Positions 13,110 to 27,117 of a stretch of DNA of 64,000 nucleotides are shown here, one piece after another (the stretch's first letter is position 1; every line of letters starts with the position of its first letter). This DNA is from Schmidtea polychroa (taxonomy: Eukaryota). The stretch is taken from NCBI GenBank assembly GCA_044892525.1, contig CM097885.1, positions 235,168,001-235,232,000 of the forward strand, written 5' to 3'. A program made the position numbers and the translations under genes. The notes beneath the pieces were generated by a model, which had not been told where the DNA came from, did not search any database, and saw only the letters and a list, made by a program, of their open reading frames with translations.

Positions 13110-14580
13110 TTTCTGAGTGATTGTGTGTGCAATAGCCAAAAATAATAAATTTTATCAAATACATGTAAATTTTTTTAAAAATTCTATGTGTGTGTTATTG
13201 GTAGAGTGTGAGTGTGTAAAATATGAAATTTTATCAAATACATGTATAAATTTAGGTAAATTTTATGAAAAATCTATGTTTTTGTGTGTGTGTGTTACGG
13301 GTATAGTATGTGTGTGCGTAAATATATGAAATTTTATCAAATACATGTAAATTTAGTTAAATTTTATGAAAAATCTATGTGTGTGTTACGGGTATAGTAT
13401 GTGTGTGTAAAAATATGAAATTTTATCAAATACATGTAAATTTAGTTAAATTTTATGAAAAATCTATGTTTTCTGTGTGTGTGCGTGTTATGGGTAGAGT
13501 ATGTGTGTATGTAAAAATTTTATCAAATACATGTAAATTTCTTTTAAAAAAAATCTATATGTGTGTTTGTCCTATGGGGTAGAGAATTATTGTATATGTG
13601 TGTAAAAATTATATCAAATTTCTTTAAAATTTATGAAAAATCTATATATGTGTGTGTTATGGGGTAGAGTATGTGTGCGTAAAAAACTTTTATCAAATAC
13701 ATGTAAATTTCTTTCAAAAATCTATGTTTTCTGTGTGTGCTATGGTTAGAGAATTATTATGGGTGTATGTGTGTAAAAATATTAAATTTTATCAAATACA
13801 TGTAAATTTCTTTCAAAAATCTATGTTTTCTGTGTGTGCTATGGTTAGAGAATTATTATGGGTGTATGTGTGTAAAAATATTAAATTTTATCAAATACAT
13901 GTAAATTTCTTTCAAAAATCTATGTTTTCTGTGTGTGCTATGGTTAGAGAATTATTATGGGTGTATGTGTGTACAAATAATAAATTTTATAAAAATCATG
14001 TAAATTTCTTTAAAAATCTATGTTTTCTGTGTGTGTGTGTGTGGTATGGGTAATTATTATGGGTGTGTAAAAACTTTTATCAAATACATGTAAATTTCTT
14101 TAAAAAATCTATGTGTGTGCTATGGTTAGAGAATTATTATATGTGTATTTGTGTACAAATAATAAATTTTATAAAAATCATGTAAATTTCTTTAAAAAAT
14201 CTATGTTTTCTGTGTGTGTGTGCTATGGGGTAGAGTATGTGTGTGTAAAAAACTTTTATGAAATACATATAAATTTCTTTAAAAAATCTATATGTGTGTT
14301 TGTCCTATGGGGTAGAGAATTATTGTATATGTGTGTAAAAATTATATCAAATTTCTTTAAAATTTATGAAAAATCTATATATGTGTGTGTTATGGAGTAG
14401 AGTATGTGTGTGTAAAAAACTTTTATCAAATACATGTAAATTTCTTTCAAAAATCTATGTTTTCTGTGTGTGTATGTGTGTGTGCTATGGGGTAGAAAAT
14501 TATTGTGTGTGTATGTGTGTAAAAATATGAAACTTTATCAAATTTCTTTAAAATTTATGAAAAATCTATGTTTTTGTGTG
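13110..14580 (+). repeat. Minisatellite of about 80-100 bp units (99 bp in the most regular part), GT-rich
   Basis: Repeated TTTATCAAATACATGTAAATTTCTTT...AAATCTATG...GTGTGT...TATGG(G/T)TAGAG. Mirrored in all three right arms. Confidence 0.9.
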
Positions 14581-14726
14581 CATTGTACGTGTATTGCACA
14601 TGCTTATTTTAACACGGGTATATATGCTTAATATGTGATTATACTCTGAGTTTATCCGACAAGATATTTTGTCCCCCTATGGGTAATGTTCACACTCAAC
14701 ATGTTGCAAGTGTACTGCTCACAAGG

Positions 14727-14765
<39 letters not shown>

Positions 14766-15094
14766 CTCCTAGTCTATCCGACAAAATATTTAGTCCCCTT
14801 TATGAGTACTACTCGCAAAGGTACTGCTCACATGTCTCAAAGAGTATATATACTGACCAATCAAAATCAAGGAAGGGGTAGAAAAAATATATATTACTTT
14901 GCAGTATTTTAAAACTTAAATATATTTTGACACCATTTTCAACATTTTCATCAATTATTATTATTTTTATTATTGTTATTATTAACGCGCGGGGGATATT
15001 ATTATTATTTATAATATTTTCAAAGTATTATTATTATTATTATTATTATTATAAGTATTATTATTATTATTATTATTATAAGTATTATTATTAA

Positions 15095-15149
<55 letters not shown>

Positions 15150-15503
15150 TTCATTATTATTATTATTATTCTTATTTTATTTTCAAAGTATTATTATAAT
15201 TATTATTATTATATAAACTATGAGTTTATCCGACAACATATTTAGTCCCCGGATGGATAATGCTCATATACAACATGTCTCAAAGGGCATATTATTAAAT
15301 TCTGACTAATCAATGAAGGGGTAGAACAAAAATATATTACGTTGTGGTATGTTAAAATCTTATTTTCAAAACATATTTTGACGCCATTTTCATTAGATGC
15401 AAGAACATTTTCATAATTATTTTCATAATTTTTGCATCGATTTCATGATTTTCAACATTTTCATCATTTGCATGAATATATTATTTTCAAAGTTATTTTC
15501 AAT

Positions 15504-15561
<58 letters not shown>

Positions 15562-15940
15562 TATTATTATTTCGATGGGTTTTATGTAGGGTATCCGAAT
15601 GTTGTAATAAGCAATATTTTCATTATTTTTCATGATTATTTTCTTCAAAATTCTTATTTTATAAAGTATGACTCATTCAAGGTCATATGACTCATCAAGG
15701 TCACGTGACTCATCGATTACATTTTGAAAATTCTAATTTGATTGGTTATATCTATTGTGATAAATGTAAAAACAAAAGTAATTTAGTTATTACTGATGAT
15801 TTCTACAAGTAAAACTGTTGAATATGATTGTGTAAATCACAAAATGTATTTGGTAACTTTATTATTTTATCAATTTTTTGTGATTTATAGCAAGGAACTC
15901 GAAATAATGAAAAATTAAGTCCATCCTATTCTGAAGATAA

Positions 15941-16438
15941 TTGCTCATTGAAATTTTTAACAACACAGTTGAAGATTTTATAAATAATCATGATGCTTAC
16001 ACTGATAAGAAAATCATAAATGTTTTAAAAATTTTCAAACATTCCTCTATTGAATATTTGATTGATTTATTTAATTATGATAAATGTATTTTGAAGTTAT
16101 CTAGTTATTTAATGTATTTTGAAAAAACAGTGGTAAACAACGATACACTGAATGAATACTTTTGGAGTTGCATGTATTTAAGATTGAAACCGGGATATAG
16201 TAGATTGATTTATGAATGGATGGCGAAAGTCGATTTGATTGAAAATAAACTAACGGAAAAACTGAACGATGTTAAGAAAATGTATTTAACTTGTTCAATT
16301 TGTAAAGAAAATCAAGTTTCGGTTTTGTTTTTACCGTGTGGTCATGTAATTGTTTGTTCTAAGTGTCACGAGAAGAATGTTCGCAATTGTCAAGCCTGTT
16401 CAACTTTGATTAATGAATATCATACTATATATATGTAA
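15941..16438 (+). CDS. IAP-type C3HC4 RING-finger ORF (putative E3 ubiquitin ligase, no BIR domain seen); 5' end uncertain
   Basis: C-terminal CSIC-x11-CGH-x3-CSKC-x7-CQAC followed by ...TIYM*, like the terminal RING of IAP/BIRC proteins. The ORF opens at TTG after a stop, and the first in-frame ATG is at 16112. Confidence 0.75.
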   Translation: MLIEIFNNTVEDFINNHDAYTDKKIINVLKIFKHSSIEYLIDLFNYDKCILKLSSYLMYFEKTVVNNDTLNEYFWSCMYLRLKPGYSRLIYEWMAKVDLIENKLTEKLNDVKKMYLTCSICKENQVSVLFLPCGHVIVCSKCHEKNVRNCQACSTLINEYHTIYM

Positions 16439-17470
16439 TTTCTCAATACAAATTTCTAGTGTCTTTTTTAATCATGCACATTTATTGCTATTTGTATATT
16501 TTTTAGTTAATTTATAAATATTATCTGACATTTTGATGTGTCAATGCAAATATATATACAACAAATTAATCAATAAAGATTGTAAGTTCTTTTATATACT
16601 CAGAGTTTATCCGACAAGATATTTTGTCCCCCTATGGGTATTTGTCGTAAAGGTACTGGTCGCAAGGGTAATTAAGGCACATGTATATAAATTCTTAGGT
16701 AATTTAGTGAGAAATATTTGGGTAATATTTTAAATGTAACTTTATTCTTATTTCGAACGATAAATTTATTGATTAACTTTGTCATTTAAAAGGTAATTTG
16801 GTAAAGTATTTTCATAGGTAATTTATTCATCTAATGTTCATTACAATAGTTAACTTCGTGAGAAATACATTAATAACAACATTGATTCTTTGGAGTAAAA
16901 ATCTTTGTTCGAGTCATAATAGAAATATGATCATCTGGTTAACCAATTAAGGTGTTTATTAGTTAGAATTCTAATTTATTATCATTGTAATATATCTTCG
17001 TGAGAATAAGTTACGATTTTTGAGCAACATTTACCAAAACATGAATATTTTGTGCGAAGAATATTGGTTAAATATGTCATTTAAAATAATATTTTCAGAC
17101 AATAATTAATAAATTCATTGGTTAATTTATATCTTTGTGAGAAATACATGATCATTTATTGACAATTCATTAATAAATTTGGTATAAATTCTTTATCATT
17201 TGGAGTAATTTTTGTCAAATTTCTATTTTTTATTATTATAGAAACATGATCGTTTGGTTAATTTACATGGAATAATATGATGAATTTCAAGTGAAATAAA
17301 GTTTTCAGTTAATTAATATATCAAATTAATTTAAAATTGAGGATACACTGATGAAAATTCTAAACAAATATTTGCATCCACACATATATTTGAACATCAC
17401 ATAATAAAAACTCATTAATTTAAAATACTGCAACGTAAAATATTGCGTAATAAATGATACTGAATCGCTC

Positions 17471-17532
<62 letters not shown>

Positions 17533-17839
17533 ATTGAAAATAATAATAATATTACTTTGAAAAATAATAATATGACATTGAAAATAATAATAATATTACT
17601 TTGAAAAATAATAATATGACATTGATGACATTTGAAAATAAAATAAGAATTTTGAAGAAAATAATCATGAAAATATTGAAAATCGTAAAAATATCTTTTG
17701 GAAATACTTTGAAAATAATAATACTATGAACTTGTATTTGAAAATAATATACATTTAGCGACCAATACCCATAGAGGGACAAAATATCTTGTCGGATAAA
17801 CTCAGACTATATATATAATTAAATCAGTCAAATCAAGAA

Positions 17840-18371
17840 CTTTGATAAAACTATACTCAAGTGGTAATAATATTCATTGAAATATATGATAAATTAATAA
17901 AGAGTGTAAATCTTAATTGAGATAGAATTAATTGCTACAGAAGGTTAAAGGAAAATCTTAATTGAGATAGAATTAATTGCTACAGAAGGTTAAAGGAAAA
18001 TTACAGACAATTAAATTTAGTAAAAAGTATATAATTGTATTTTTAAAATGTTACGTTACATTTCAATTATTTAGGAATGTGACTAATATTAATTTCGAAA
18101 TTTAGTGTAAAATAAAGAACTCAGCCAAACTTTATTAACAGAATTATTTTTCAATCAACTTTGATGTAATAATTTAGCTATAACATAATCCTTTGAACAA
18201 TCAACAGCCCCCGATTTATTTTCCTACTAATATTTCTTCTGTTAAATATTCAAGTTTTAGTAAAATATATTTTAAATATATATCTATTCTTATTTTCATC
18301 AAAAACCTTTCAATTTTTTTTTTATCATATATTTCATATATTCTTACCACCTAAGTATAATTTTATCAAAA
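17840..18371 (+). other. 532-bp palindrome spacer (loop), orientation A; contains a 45-bp tandem duplication at 17908-17997
   Basis: Perfect arm symmetry stops at 17839/18372, with about 55 bp of imperfect symmetry continuing inside. AAATCTTAATTGAGATAGAATTAATTGCTACAGAAGGTTAAAGGA occurs twice. Confidence 0.9.
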
Positions 18372-18678
18372 TTCTTGATTTGACTGATTTAATTATATAT
18401 ATAGTCTGAGTTTATCCGACAAGATATTTTGTCCCTCTATGGGTATTGGTCGCTAAATGTATATTATTTTCAAATACAAGTTCATAGTATTATTATTTTC
18501 AAAGTATTTCCAAAAGATATTTTTACGATTTTCAATATTTTCATGATTATTTTCTTCAAAATTCTTATTTTATTTTCAAATGTCATCAATGTCATATTAT
18601 TATTTTTCAAAGTAATATTATTATTATTTTCAATGTCATATTATTATTTTTCAAAGTAATATTATTATTATTTTCAAT

Positions 18679-18728
<50 letters not shown>

Positions 18729-20637
18729 GAGCGATTCAGTATCATTTATTACGCAATATTTTACGTTGCAGTATTTTAAATTAATGAGTTTTTATTATGT
18801 GATGTTCAAATATATGTGTGGATGCAAATATTTGTTTAGAATTTTCATCAGTGTATCCTCAATTTTAAATTAATTTGATATATTAATTAACTGAAAACTT
18901 TATTTCACTTGAAATTCATCATATTATTCCATGTAAATTAACCAAACGATCATGTTTCTATAATAATAAAAAATAGAAATTTGACAAAAATTACTCCAAA
19001 TGATAAAGAATTTATACCAAATTTATTAATGAATTGTCAATAAATGATCATGTATTTCTCACAAAGATATAAATTAACCAATGAATTTATTAATTATTGT
19101 CTGAAAATATTATTTTAAATGACATATTTAACCAATATTCTTCGCACAAAATATTCATGTTTTGGTAAATGTTGCTCAAAAATCGTAACTTATTCTCACG
19201 AAGATATATTACAATGATAATAAATTAGAATTCTAACTAATAAACACCTTAATTGGTTAACCAGATGATCATATTTCTATTATGACTCGAACAAAGATTT
19301 TTACTCCAAAGAATCAATGTTGTTATTAATGTATTTCTCACGAAGTTAACTATTGTAATGAACATTAGATGAATAAATTACCTATGAAAATACTTTACCA
19401 AATTACCTTTTAAATGACAAAGTTAATCAATAAATTTATCGTTCGAAATAAGAATAAAGTTACATTTAAAATATTACCCAAATATTTCTCACTAAATTAC
19501 CTAAGAATTTATATACATGTGCCTTAATTACCCTTGCGACCAGTACCTTTACGACAAATACCCATAGGGGGACAAAATATCTTGTCGGATAAACTCTGAG
19601 TATATAAAAGAACTTACAATCTTTATTGATTAATTTGTTGTATATATATTTGCATTGACACATCAAAATGTCAGATAATATTTATAAATTAACTAAAAAA
19701 TATACAAATAGCAATAAATGTGCATGATTAAAAAAGACACTAGAAATTTGTATTGAGAAATTACATATATATAGTATGATATTCATTAATCAAAGTTGAA
19801 CAGGCTTGACAATTGCGAACATTCTTCTCGTGACACTTAGAACAAACAATTACATGACCACACGGTAAAAACAAAACCGAAACTTGATTTTCTTTACAAA
19901 TTGAACAAGTTAAATACATTTTCTTAACATCGTTCAGTTTTTCCGTTAGTTTATTTTCAATCAAATCGACTTTCGCCATCCATTCATAAATCAATCTACT
20001 ATATCCCGGTTTCAATCTTAAATACATGCAACTCCAAAAGTATTCATTCAGTGTATCGTTGTTTACCACTGTTTTTTCAAAATACATTAAATAACTAGAT
20101 AACTTCAAAATACATTTATCATAATTAAATAAATCAATCAAATATTCAATAGAGGAATGTTTGAAAATTTTTAAAACATTTATGATTTTCTTATCAGTGT
20201 AAGCATCATGATTATTTATAAAATCTTCAACTGTGTTGTTAAAAATTTCAATGAGCAATTATCTTCAGAATAGGATGGACTTAATTTTTCATTATTTCGA
20301 GTTCCTTGCTATAAATCACAAAAAATTGATAAAATAATAAAGTTACCAAATACATTTTGTGATTTACACAATCATATTCAACAGTTTTACTTGTAGAAAT
20401 CATCAGTAATAACTAAATTACTTTTGTTTTTACATTTATCACAATAGATATAACCAATCAAATTAGAATTTTCAAAATGTAATCGATGAGTCACGTGACC
20501 TTGATGAGTCATATGACCTTGAATGAGTCATACTTTATAAAATAAGAATTTTGAAGAAAATAATCATGAAAAATAATGAAAATATTGCTTATTACAACAT
20601 TCGGATACCCTACATAAAACCCATCGAAATAATAATA

Positions 20638-20686
<49 letters not shown>

Positions 20687-21040
20687 ATTGAAAATAACTT
20701 TGAAAATAATATATTCATGCAAATGATGAAAATGTTGAAAATCATGAAATCGATGCAAAAATTATGAAAATAATTATGAAAATGTTCTTGCATCTAATGA
20801 AAATGGCGTCAAAATATGTTTTGAAAATAAGATTTTAACATACCACAACGTAATATATTTTTGTTCTACCCCTTCATTGATTAGTCAGAATTTAATAATA
20901 TGCCCTTTGAGACATGTTGTATATGAGCATTATCCATCCGGGGACTAAATATGTTGTCGGATAAACTCATAGTTTATATAATAATAATAATTATAATAAT
21001 ACTTTGAAAATAAAATAAGAATAATAATAATAATAATGAA

Positions 21041-21092
<52 letters not shown>

Positions 21093-21421
21093 TTAATAAT
21101 AATACTTATAATAATAATAATAATAATAATACTTATAATAATAATAATAATAATAATAATACTTTGAAAATATTATAAATAATAATAATATCCCCCGCGC
21201 GTTAATAATAACAATAATAAAAATAATAATAATTGATGAAAATGTTGAAAATGGTGTCAAAATATATTTAAGTTTTAAAATACTGCAAAGTAATATATAT
21301 TTTTTCTACCCCTTCCTTGATTTTGATTGGTCAGTATATATACTCTTTGAGACATGTGAGCAGTACCTTTGCGAGTAGTACTCATAAAGGGGACTAAATA
21401 TTTTGTCGGATAGACTAGGAG

Positions 21422-21460
<39 letters not shown>

Positions 21461-23307
21461 CCTTGTGAGCAGTACACTTGCAACATGTTGAGTGTGAACA
21501 TTACCCATAGGGGGACAAAATATCTTGTCGGATAAACTCAGAGTATAATCACATATTAAGCATATATACCCGTGTTAAAATAAGCATGTGCAATACACGT
21601 ACAATGCACACAAAAACATAGATTTTTCATAAATTTTAAAGAAATTTGATAAAGTTTCATATTTTTACACACATACACACACAATAATTTTCTACCCCAT
21701 AGCACACACACATACACACACAGAAAACATAGATTTTTGAAAGAAATTTACATGTATTTGATAAAAGTTTTTTACACACACATACTCTACTCCATAACAC
21801 ACACATATATAGATTTTTCATAAATTTTAAAGAAATTTGATATAATTTTTACACACATATACAATAATTCTCTACCCCATAGGACAAACACACATATAGA
21901 TTTTTTAAAGAAATTTATATGTATTTCATAAAAGTTTTTTACACACACATACTCTACCCCATAGCACACACACACACACACAGAAAACATAGATTTTTTA
22001 AAGAAATTTACATGATTTTTATAAAATTTATTATTTGTACACAAATACACATATAATAATTCTCTAACCATAGCACACACATAGATTTTTTAAAGAAATT
22101 TACATGTATTTGATAAAAGTTTTTACACACCCATAATAATTACCCATACCACACACACACACACAGAAAACATAGATTTTTAAAGAAATTTACATGATTT
22201 TTATAAAATTTATTATTTGTACACACATACACCCATAATAATTCTCTAACCATAGCACACACAGAAAACATAGATTTTTGAAAGAAATTTACATGTATTT
22301 GATAAAATTTAATATTTTTACACACATACACCCATAATAATTCTCTAACCATAGCACACACAGAAAACATAGATTTTTGAAAGAAATTTACATGTATTTG
22401 ATAAAATTTAATATTTTTACACACATACACCCATAATAATTCTCTAACCATAGCACACACAGAAAACATAGATTTTTGAAAGAAATTTACATGTATTTGA
22501 TAAAAGTTTTTTACGCACACATACTCTACCCCATAACACACACATATATAGATTTTTCATAAATTTTAAAGAAATTTGATATAATTTTTACACACATATA
22601 CAATAATTCTCTACCCCATAGGACAAACACACATATAGATTTTTTTTAAAAGAAATTTACATGTATTTGATAAAATTTTTACATACACACATACTCTACC
22701 CATAACACGCACACACACAGAAAACATAGATTTTTCATAAAATTTAACTAAATTTACATGTATTTGATAAAATTTCATATTTTTACACACACATACTATA
22801 CCCGTAACACACACATAGATTTTTCATAAAATTTAACTAAATTTACATGTATTTGATAAAATTTCATATATTTACGCACACACATACTATACCCGTAACA
22901 CACACACACAAAAACATAGATTTTTCATAAAATTTACCTAAATTTATACATGTATTTGATAAAATTTCATATTTTACACACTCACACTCTACCAATAACA
23001 CACACATAGAATTTTTAAAAAAATTTACATGTATTTGATAAAATTTATTATTTTTGGCTATTGCACACACAATCACTCAGAAATATTTTTCTACCCTTAA
23101 GGTGTGTAATCCTAGCATGTATACTTTCGAATAGACTTGTGTGTGTAAATATTTTAGATTTATCTCTAATACTTGCAATAATAATAATGGATTGAGTATG
23201 TGTGTAAAATTAATATCAAGGTATGACTAATAAATTTGCAATACACTTGCATAATTAACAAAGACTTTGCAATAAACGTGCATGATTAACAAAGACATGA
23301 ATATAAT

Positions 23308-23338
<31 letters not shown>

Positions 23339-25610
23339 TTAATAATAATAAAAATAATAATAATACTATTGATAATAATAAATAATATTGATAATAATAA
23401 TAATTTTGATATTAATAATAATAAATCCCATGGGCGCGTCATTCTGAAAACAGATGTCTTTGTTTTAAAAAGTGATGAGTCATTGTCTTTGTTATAAAAA
23501 GTCAGCGATGACTACCTTTGTAGTACCTTTTGTTTGATATGTATATTATAAGGTTTGAAAAATTTGACCCTTGGACCATCATACTCATCTTTGTATTACC
23601 TTTTGTTTGATATGTATATTATAAAGTTCGAAAGTTTTTGACCCTTTGAAGGTTATTGACCCACCATATACCTTCGACCCTTGGACCATCATACTCATCT
23701 TTGTATTACCTTTTGTTTGATATGTATATTATAAGGTTTTCAAAATTTGAACCTTGGACTCTTTAAACTTGGACCATCATACTCATTTTTGAATTTCCTT
23801 TTGTTTGATATATATATTATAAGGTTTGAAAAAATTCGAAGGTTTATGACCCTTTGAAGGTTATACCATTCGAAGATATGACCATTAGATAGACCTCTGA
23901 AATACCTTTCGAATTATAAGGTTTGAAAAGATTTTTTGAGGGACCCACCATTTTATTATATTGATTTGCATTTAAATTATTTGATATATATATATTTTAT
24001 TATTATTTTCAAAATAATATTATTATTTTTCAAAGTAATACTATTTTTTATTATTATTTTATTATTATTAATTATTAATTATTATTAATTAATTAATTTT
24101 ATTATTAATTTTATTATTATTAATTAATTAATTAATTTTATTATTATTCACAAAAATATTATTATTATAAAGACATGTTGAACTCATGTCACGTGTAAAT
24201 TAAACAAAGACAATGAGTAACAAAGACATTATTTGTTACTATGTGAGTCATTGATGACTCATCATTTTAGTACAAAGCATAGAGTATGTGTGTGTATATT
24301 TCTCTATCCTATCTGTATTCTGATTGGATAGACGTTACATATACTCTATGATTTTTTCAAAATGCTCGTGGATGAAAAAGTAAATATCAATTATTATGTT
24401 TTTAATTATAATGTTTTTTAGAAATTATGAAATCAATTTATGAATTTTTTATGAAGAATATGTTTTTATGGAGAAAATTATATCAGAAATGGTAATGTTT
24501 TTTATTACTTTGTTATTATTATTTTATTTTTTATTATTATTTTTTATTACTTTGAAATAATATTTTGAAATAATATTAATTTGATAATAATAATAGTAAT
24601 AATAATAATTATAATAAAATAATAATATTACATTGAAAATAATAATAATAATGATAATAATAATAATAATAATAATGATAATAATAATAATAATAATGAT
24701 AATAATAATAATTTTGATAATAACATCTTTGTTCTAGTGGAGTCCTGAGTCATCGTTCTAATCGTGTGTGATAGTCTTTGTCTTAAAAATAAATGATTGG
24801 TCTTTGTTCAAAAAAGTCATCGATGAGTCATACAAGGGGGGGGGGGCTAGTGCACAAAAAACAATAATAACTCCTTATTTAAACTATGAGTCATCGATGA
24901 GTCTTTGTCTATATGTCTTTGTTTAAATGTATTTATTTAAATATTTGTTTACATGTCATTATTTAAATATTTGATTAAATGTCTTTGTTTAAATATTTGT
25001 TTAAATGTATTTATTTAAATATTTGTTTACATGTCATTGTTTAAATATTTGATTAAATGTCTTTGTTTAAAAAATGATGAGTCATACATACTTTAATAAT
25101 GAGTCAGTTGGCTTTGTTCCAAAAATGACGAGTCATATGACCTTGTTAATAAAAATAGAATGACCTTGATGAGTCATCTTCTTTGTTTAAAAATGATGAG
25201 TCATCGGGCAGGATCAACGGTGATGAATCATATGTACTTTAATGATGAGTCATCGTCTTTGTTTAAAAATGATGAGTCATGTGACCTTGTTACTAAAAAT
25301 AGAATGACCTTGACCTATTTACTAAAAATAGAATGACCTTGATGAGTCATCGATGACGTCATGTGGCCTTGTTGCTAAAAATAGAATGACCTTGGCCTAG
25401 TTGCCATGGGGACCACCGTTGCTATGGATGAGTCATGCGACCTTGATCTAGTTACCATGGTTGCTATGGGTGAGTCATATGACCTTGATCCAGTTACCAC
25501 GGTTGCTATGGATGAGTCATCGATGAGTCATATGTCTTTGTTTTGCGCTGAGTCATCGGGGGGGGGGGGTAGTGCAAAAAATGACAAAAAACGATGAGTC
25601 ATGGAGCACA
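18372..25610 (-). repeat. Inverted arm copy 1 (lacks the terminal 12 nt)
   Basis: Reverse complement of the left arm. Ends ...GAGCACA, then jumps to TGTCAAATTT. Confidence 0.95.
19761..20258 (-). CDS. IAP-type RING ORF, copy 2
   Basis: Identical 165-aa translation. Confidence 0.75.
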   Translation of the reverse strand: MLIEIFNNTVEDFINNHDAYTDKKIINVLKIFKHSSIEYLIDLFNYDKCILKLSSYLMYFEKTVVNNDTLNEYFWSCMYLRLKPGYSRLIYEWMAKVDLIENKLTEKLNDVKKMYLTCSICKENQVSVLFLPCGHVIVCSKCHEKNVRNCQACSTLINEYHTIYM

Positions 25611-25868
25611 TGTCAAATTTCTATTTTTTATTATTATAGAAACATGATCGTTTGGTTAATTTACATGGAATAATATGATGAATTTCAAGTGAAATAAAGT
25701 TTTCAGTTAATTAATATATCAAATTAATTTAAAATTGAGGATACACTGATGAAAATTCTAAACAAATATTTGCATCCACACATATATTTGAACATCACAT
25801 AATAAAAACTCATTAATTTAAAATACTGCAACGTAAAATATTGCGTAATAAATGATACTGAATCGCTC

Positions 25869-25918
<50 letters not shown>

Positions 25919-26225
25919 ATTGAAAATAATAATAATATTACTTTGAAAAATAATAATATGACATTGAAAATAATAATAATATTACTTTGAAAAATAATAA
26001 TATGACATTGATGACATTTGAAAATAAAATAAGAATTTTGAAGAAAATAATCATGAAAATATTGAAAATCGTAAAAATATCTTTTGGAAATACTTTGAAA
26101 ATAATAATACTATGAACTTGTATTTGAAAATAATATACATTTAGCGACCAATACCCATAGAGGGACAAAATATCTTGTCGGATAAACTCAGACTATATAT
26201 ATAATTAAATCAGTCAAATCAAGAA

Positions 26226-26757
26226 CTTTGATAAAACTATACTCAAGTGGTAATAATATTCATTGAAATATATGATAAATTAATAAAGAGTGTAAATCTT
26301 AATTGAGATAGAATTAATTGCTACAGAAGGTTAAAGGAAAATCTTAATTGAGATAGAATTAATTGCTACAGAAGGTTAAAGGAAAATTACAGACAATTAA
26401 ATTTAGTAAAAAGTATATAATTGTATTTTTAAAATGTTACGTTACATTTCAATTATTTAGGAATGTGACTAATATTAATTTCGAAATTTAGTGTAAAATA
26501 AAGAACTCAGCCAAACTTTATTAACAGAATTATTTTTCAATCAACTTTGATGTAATAATTTAGCTATAACATAATCCTTTGAACAATCAACAGCCCCCGA
26601 TTTATTTTCCTACTAATATTTCTTCTGTTAAATATTCAAGTTTTAGTAAAATATATTTTAAATATATATCTATTCTTATTTTCATCAAAAACCTTTCAAT
26701 TTTTTTTTTATCATATATTTCATATATTCTTACCACCTAAGTATAATTTTATCAAAA
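26226..26757 (+). other. Spacer copy 2, orientation A
   Basis: Reads the same as 17840-18371. Confidence 0.9.
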
Positions 26758-27064
26758 TTCTTGATTTGACTGATTTAATTATATATATAGTCTGAGTTTA
26801 TCCGACAAGATATTTTGTCCCTCTATGGGTATTGGTCGCTAAATGTATATTATTTTCAAATACAAGTTCATAGTATTATTATTTTCAAAGTATTTCCAAA
26901 AGATATTTTTACGATTTTCAATATTTTCATGATTATTTTCTTCAAAATTCTTATTTTATTTTCAAATGTCATCAATGTCATATTATTATTTTTCAAAGTA
27001 ATATTATTATTATTTTCAATGTCATATTATTATTTTTCAAAGTAATATTATTATTATTTTCAAT

Positions 27065-27117
<53 letters not shown>

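Larger units (their letters stand above)
10573..17839 (+). repeat. Left arm (7,267 bp) of the giant inverted repeat
   Basis: Every ORF from 12696 to 17782 recurs mirrored on the opposite strand at 18429-23497. Symmetry axis at 18105.5. Confidence 0.95.

Noticed and set aside
13117..14400. Cys/Val-rich repeat ORFs (KFYQIHVNFF...) and their mirrored copies
   Set aside because: By-products of the minisatellite. Frames shift between units and between arm copies, and most starts are non-ATG.
15397..15690. Poly-Tyr and poly-Leu ORFs
   Set aside because: (TAT)n tract read in two frames.
25406..25597. 63-aa ORF with repeated VAMDES (also 33752-33940)
   Set aside because: Antisense reading of the TGACTCA/RFX-like motif array. 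It depends on G-run length and is not called in the left or terminal arms.
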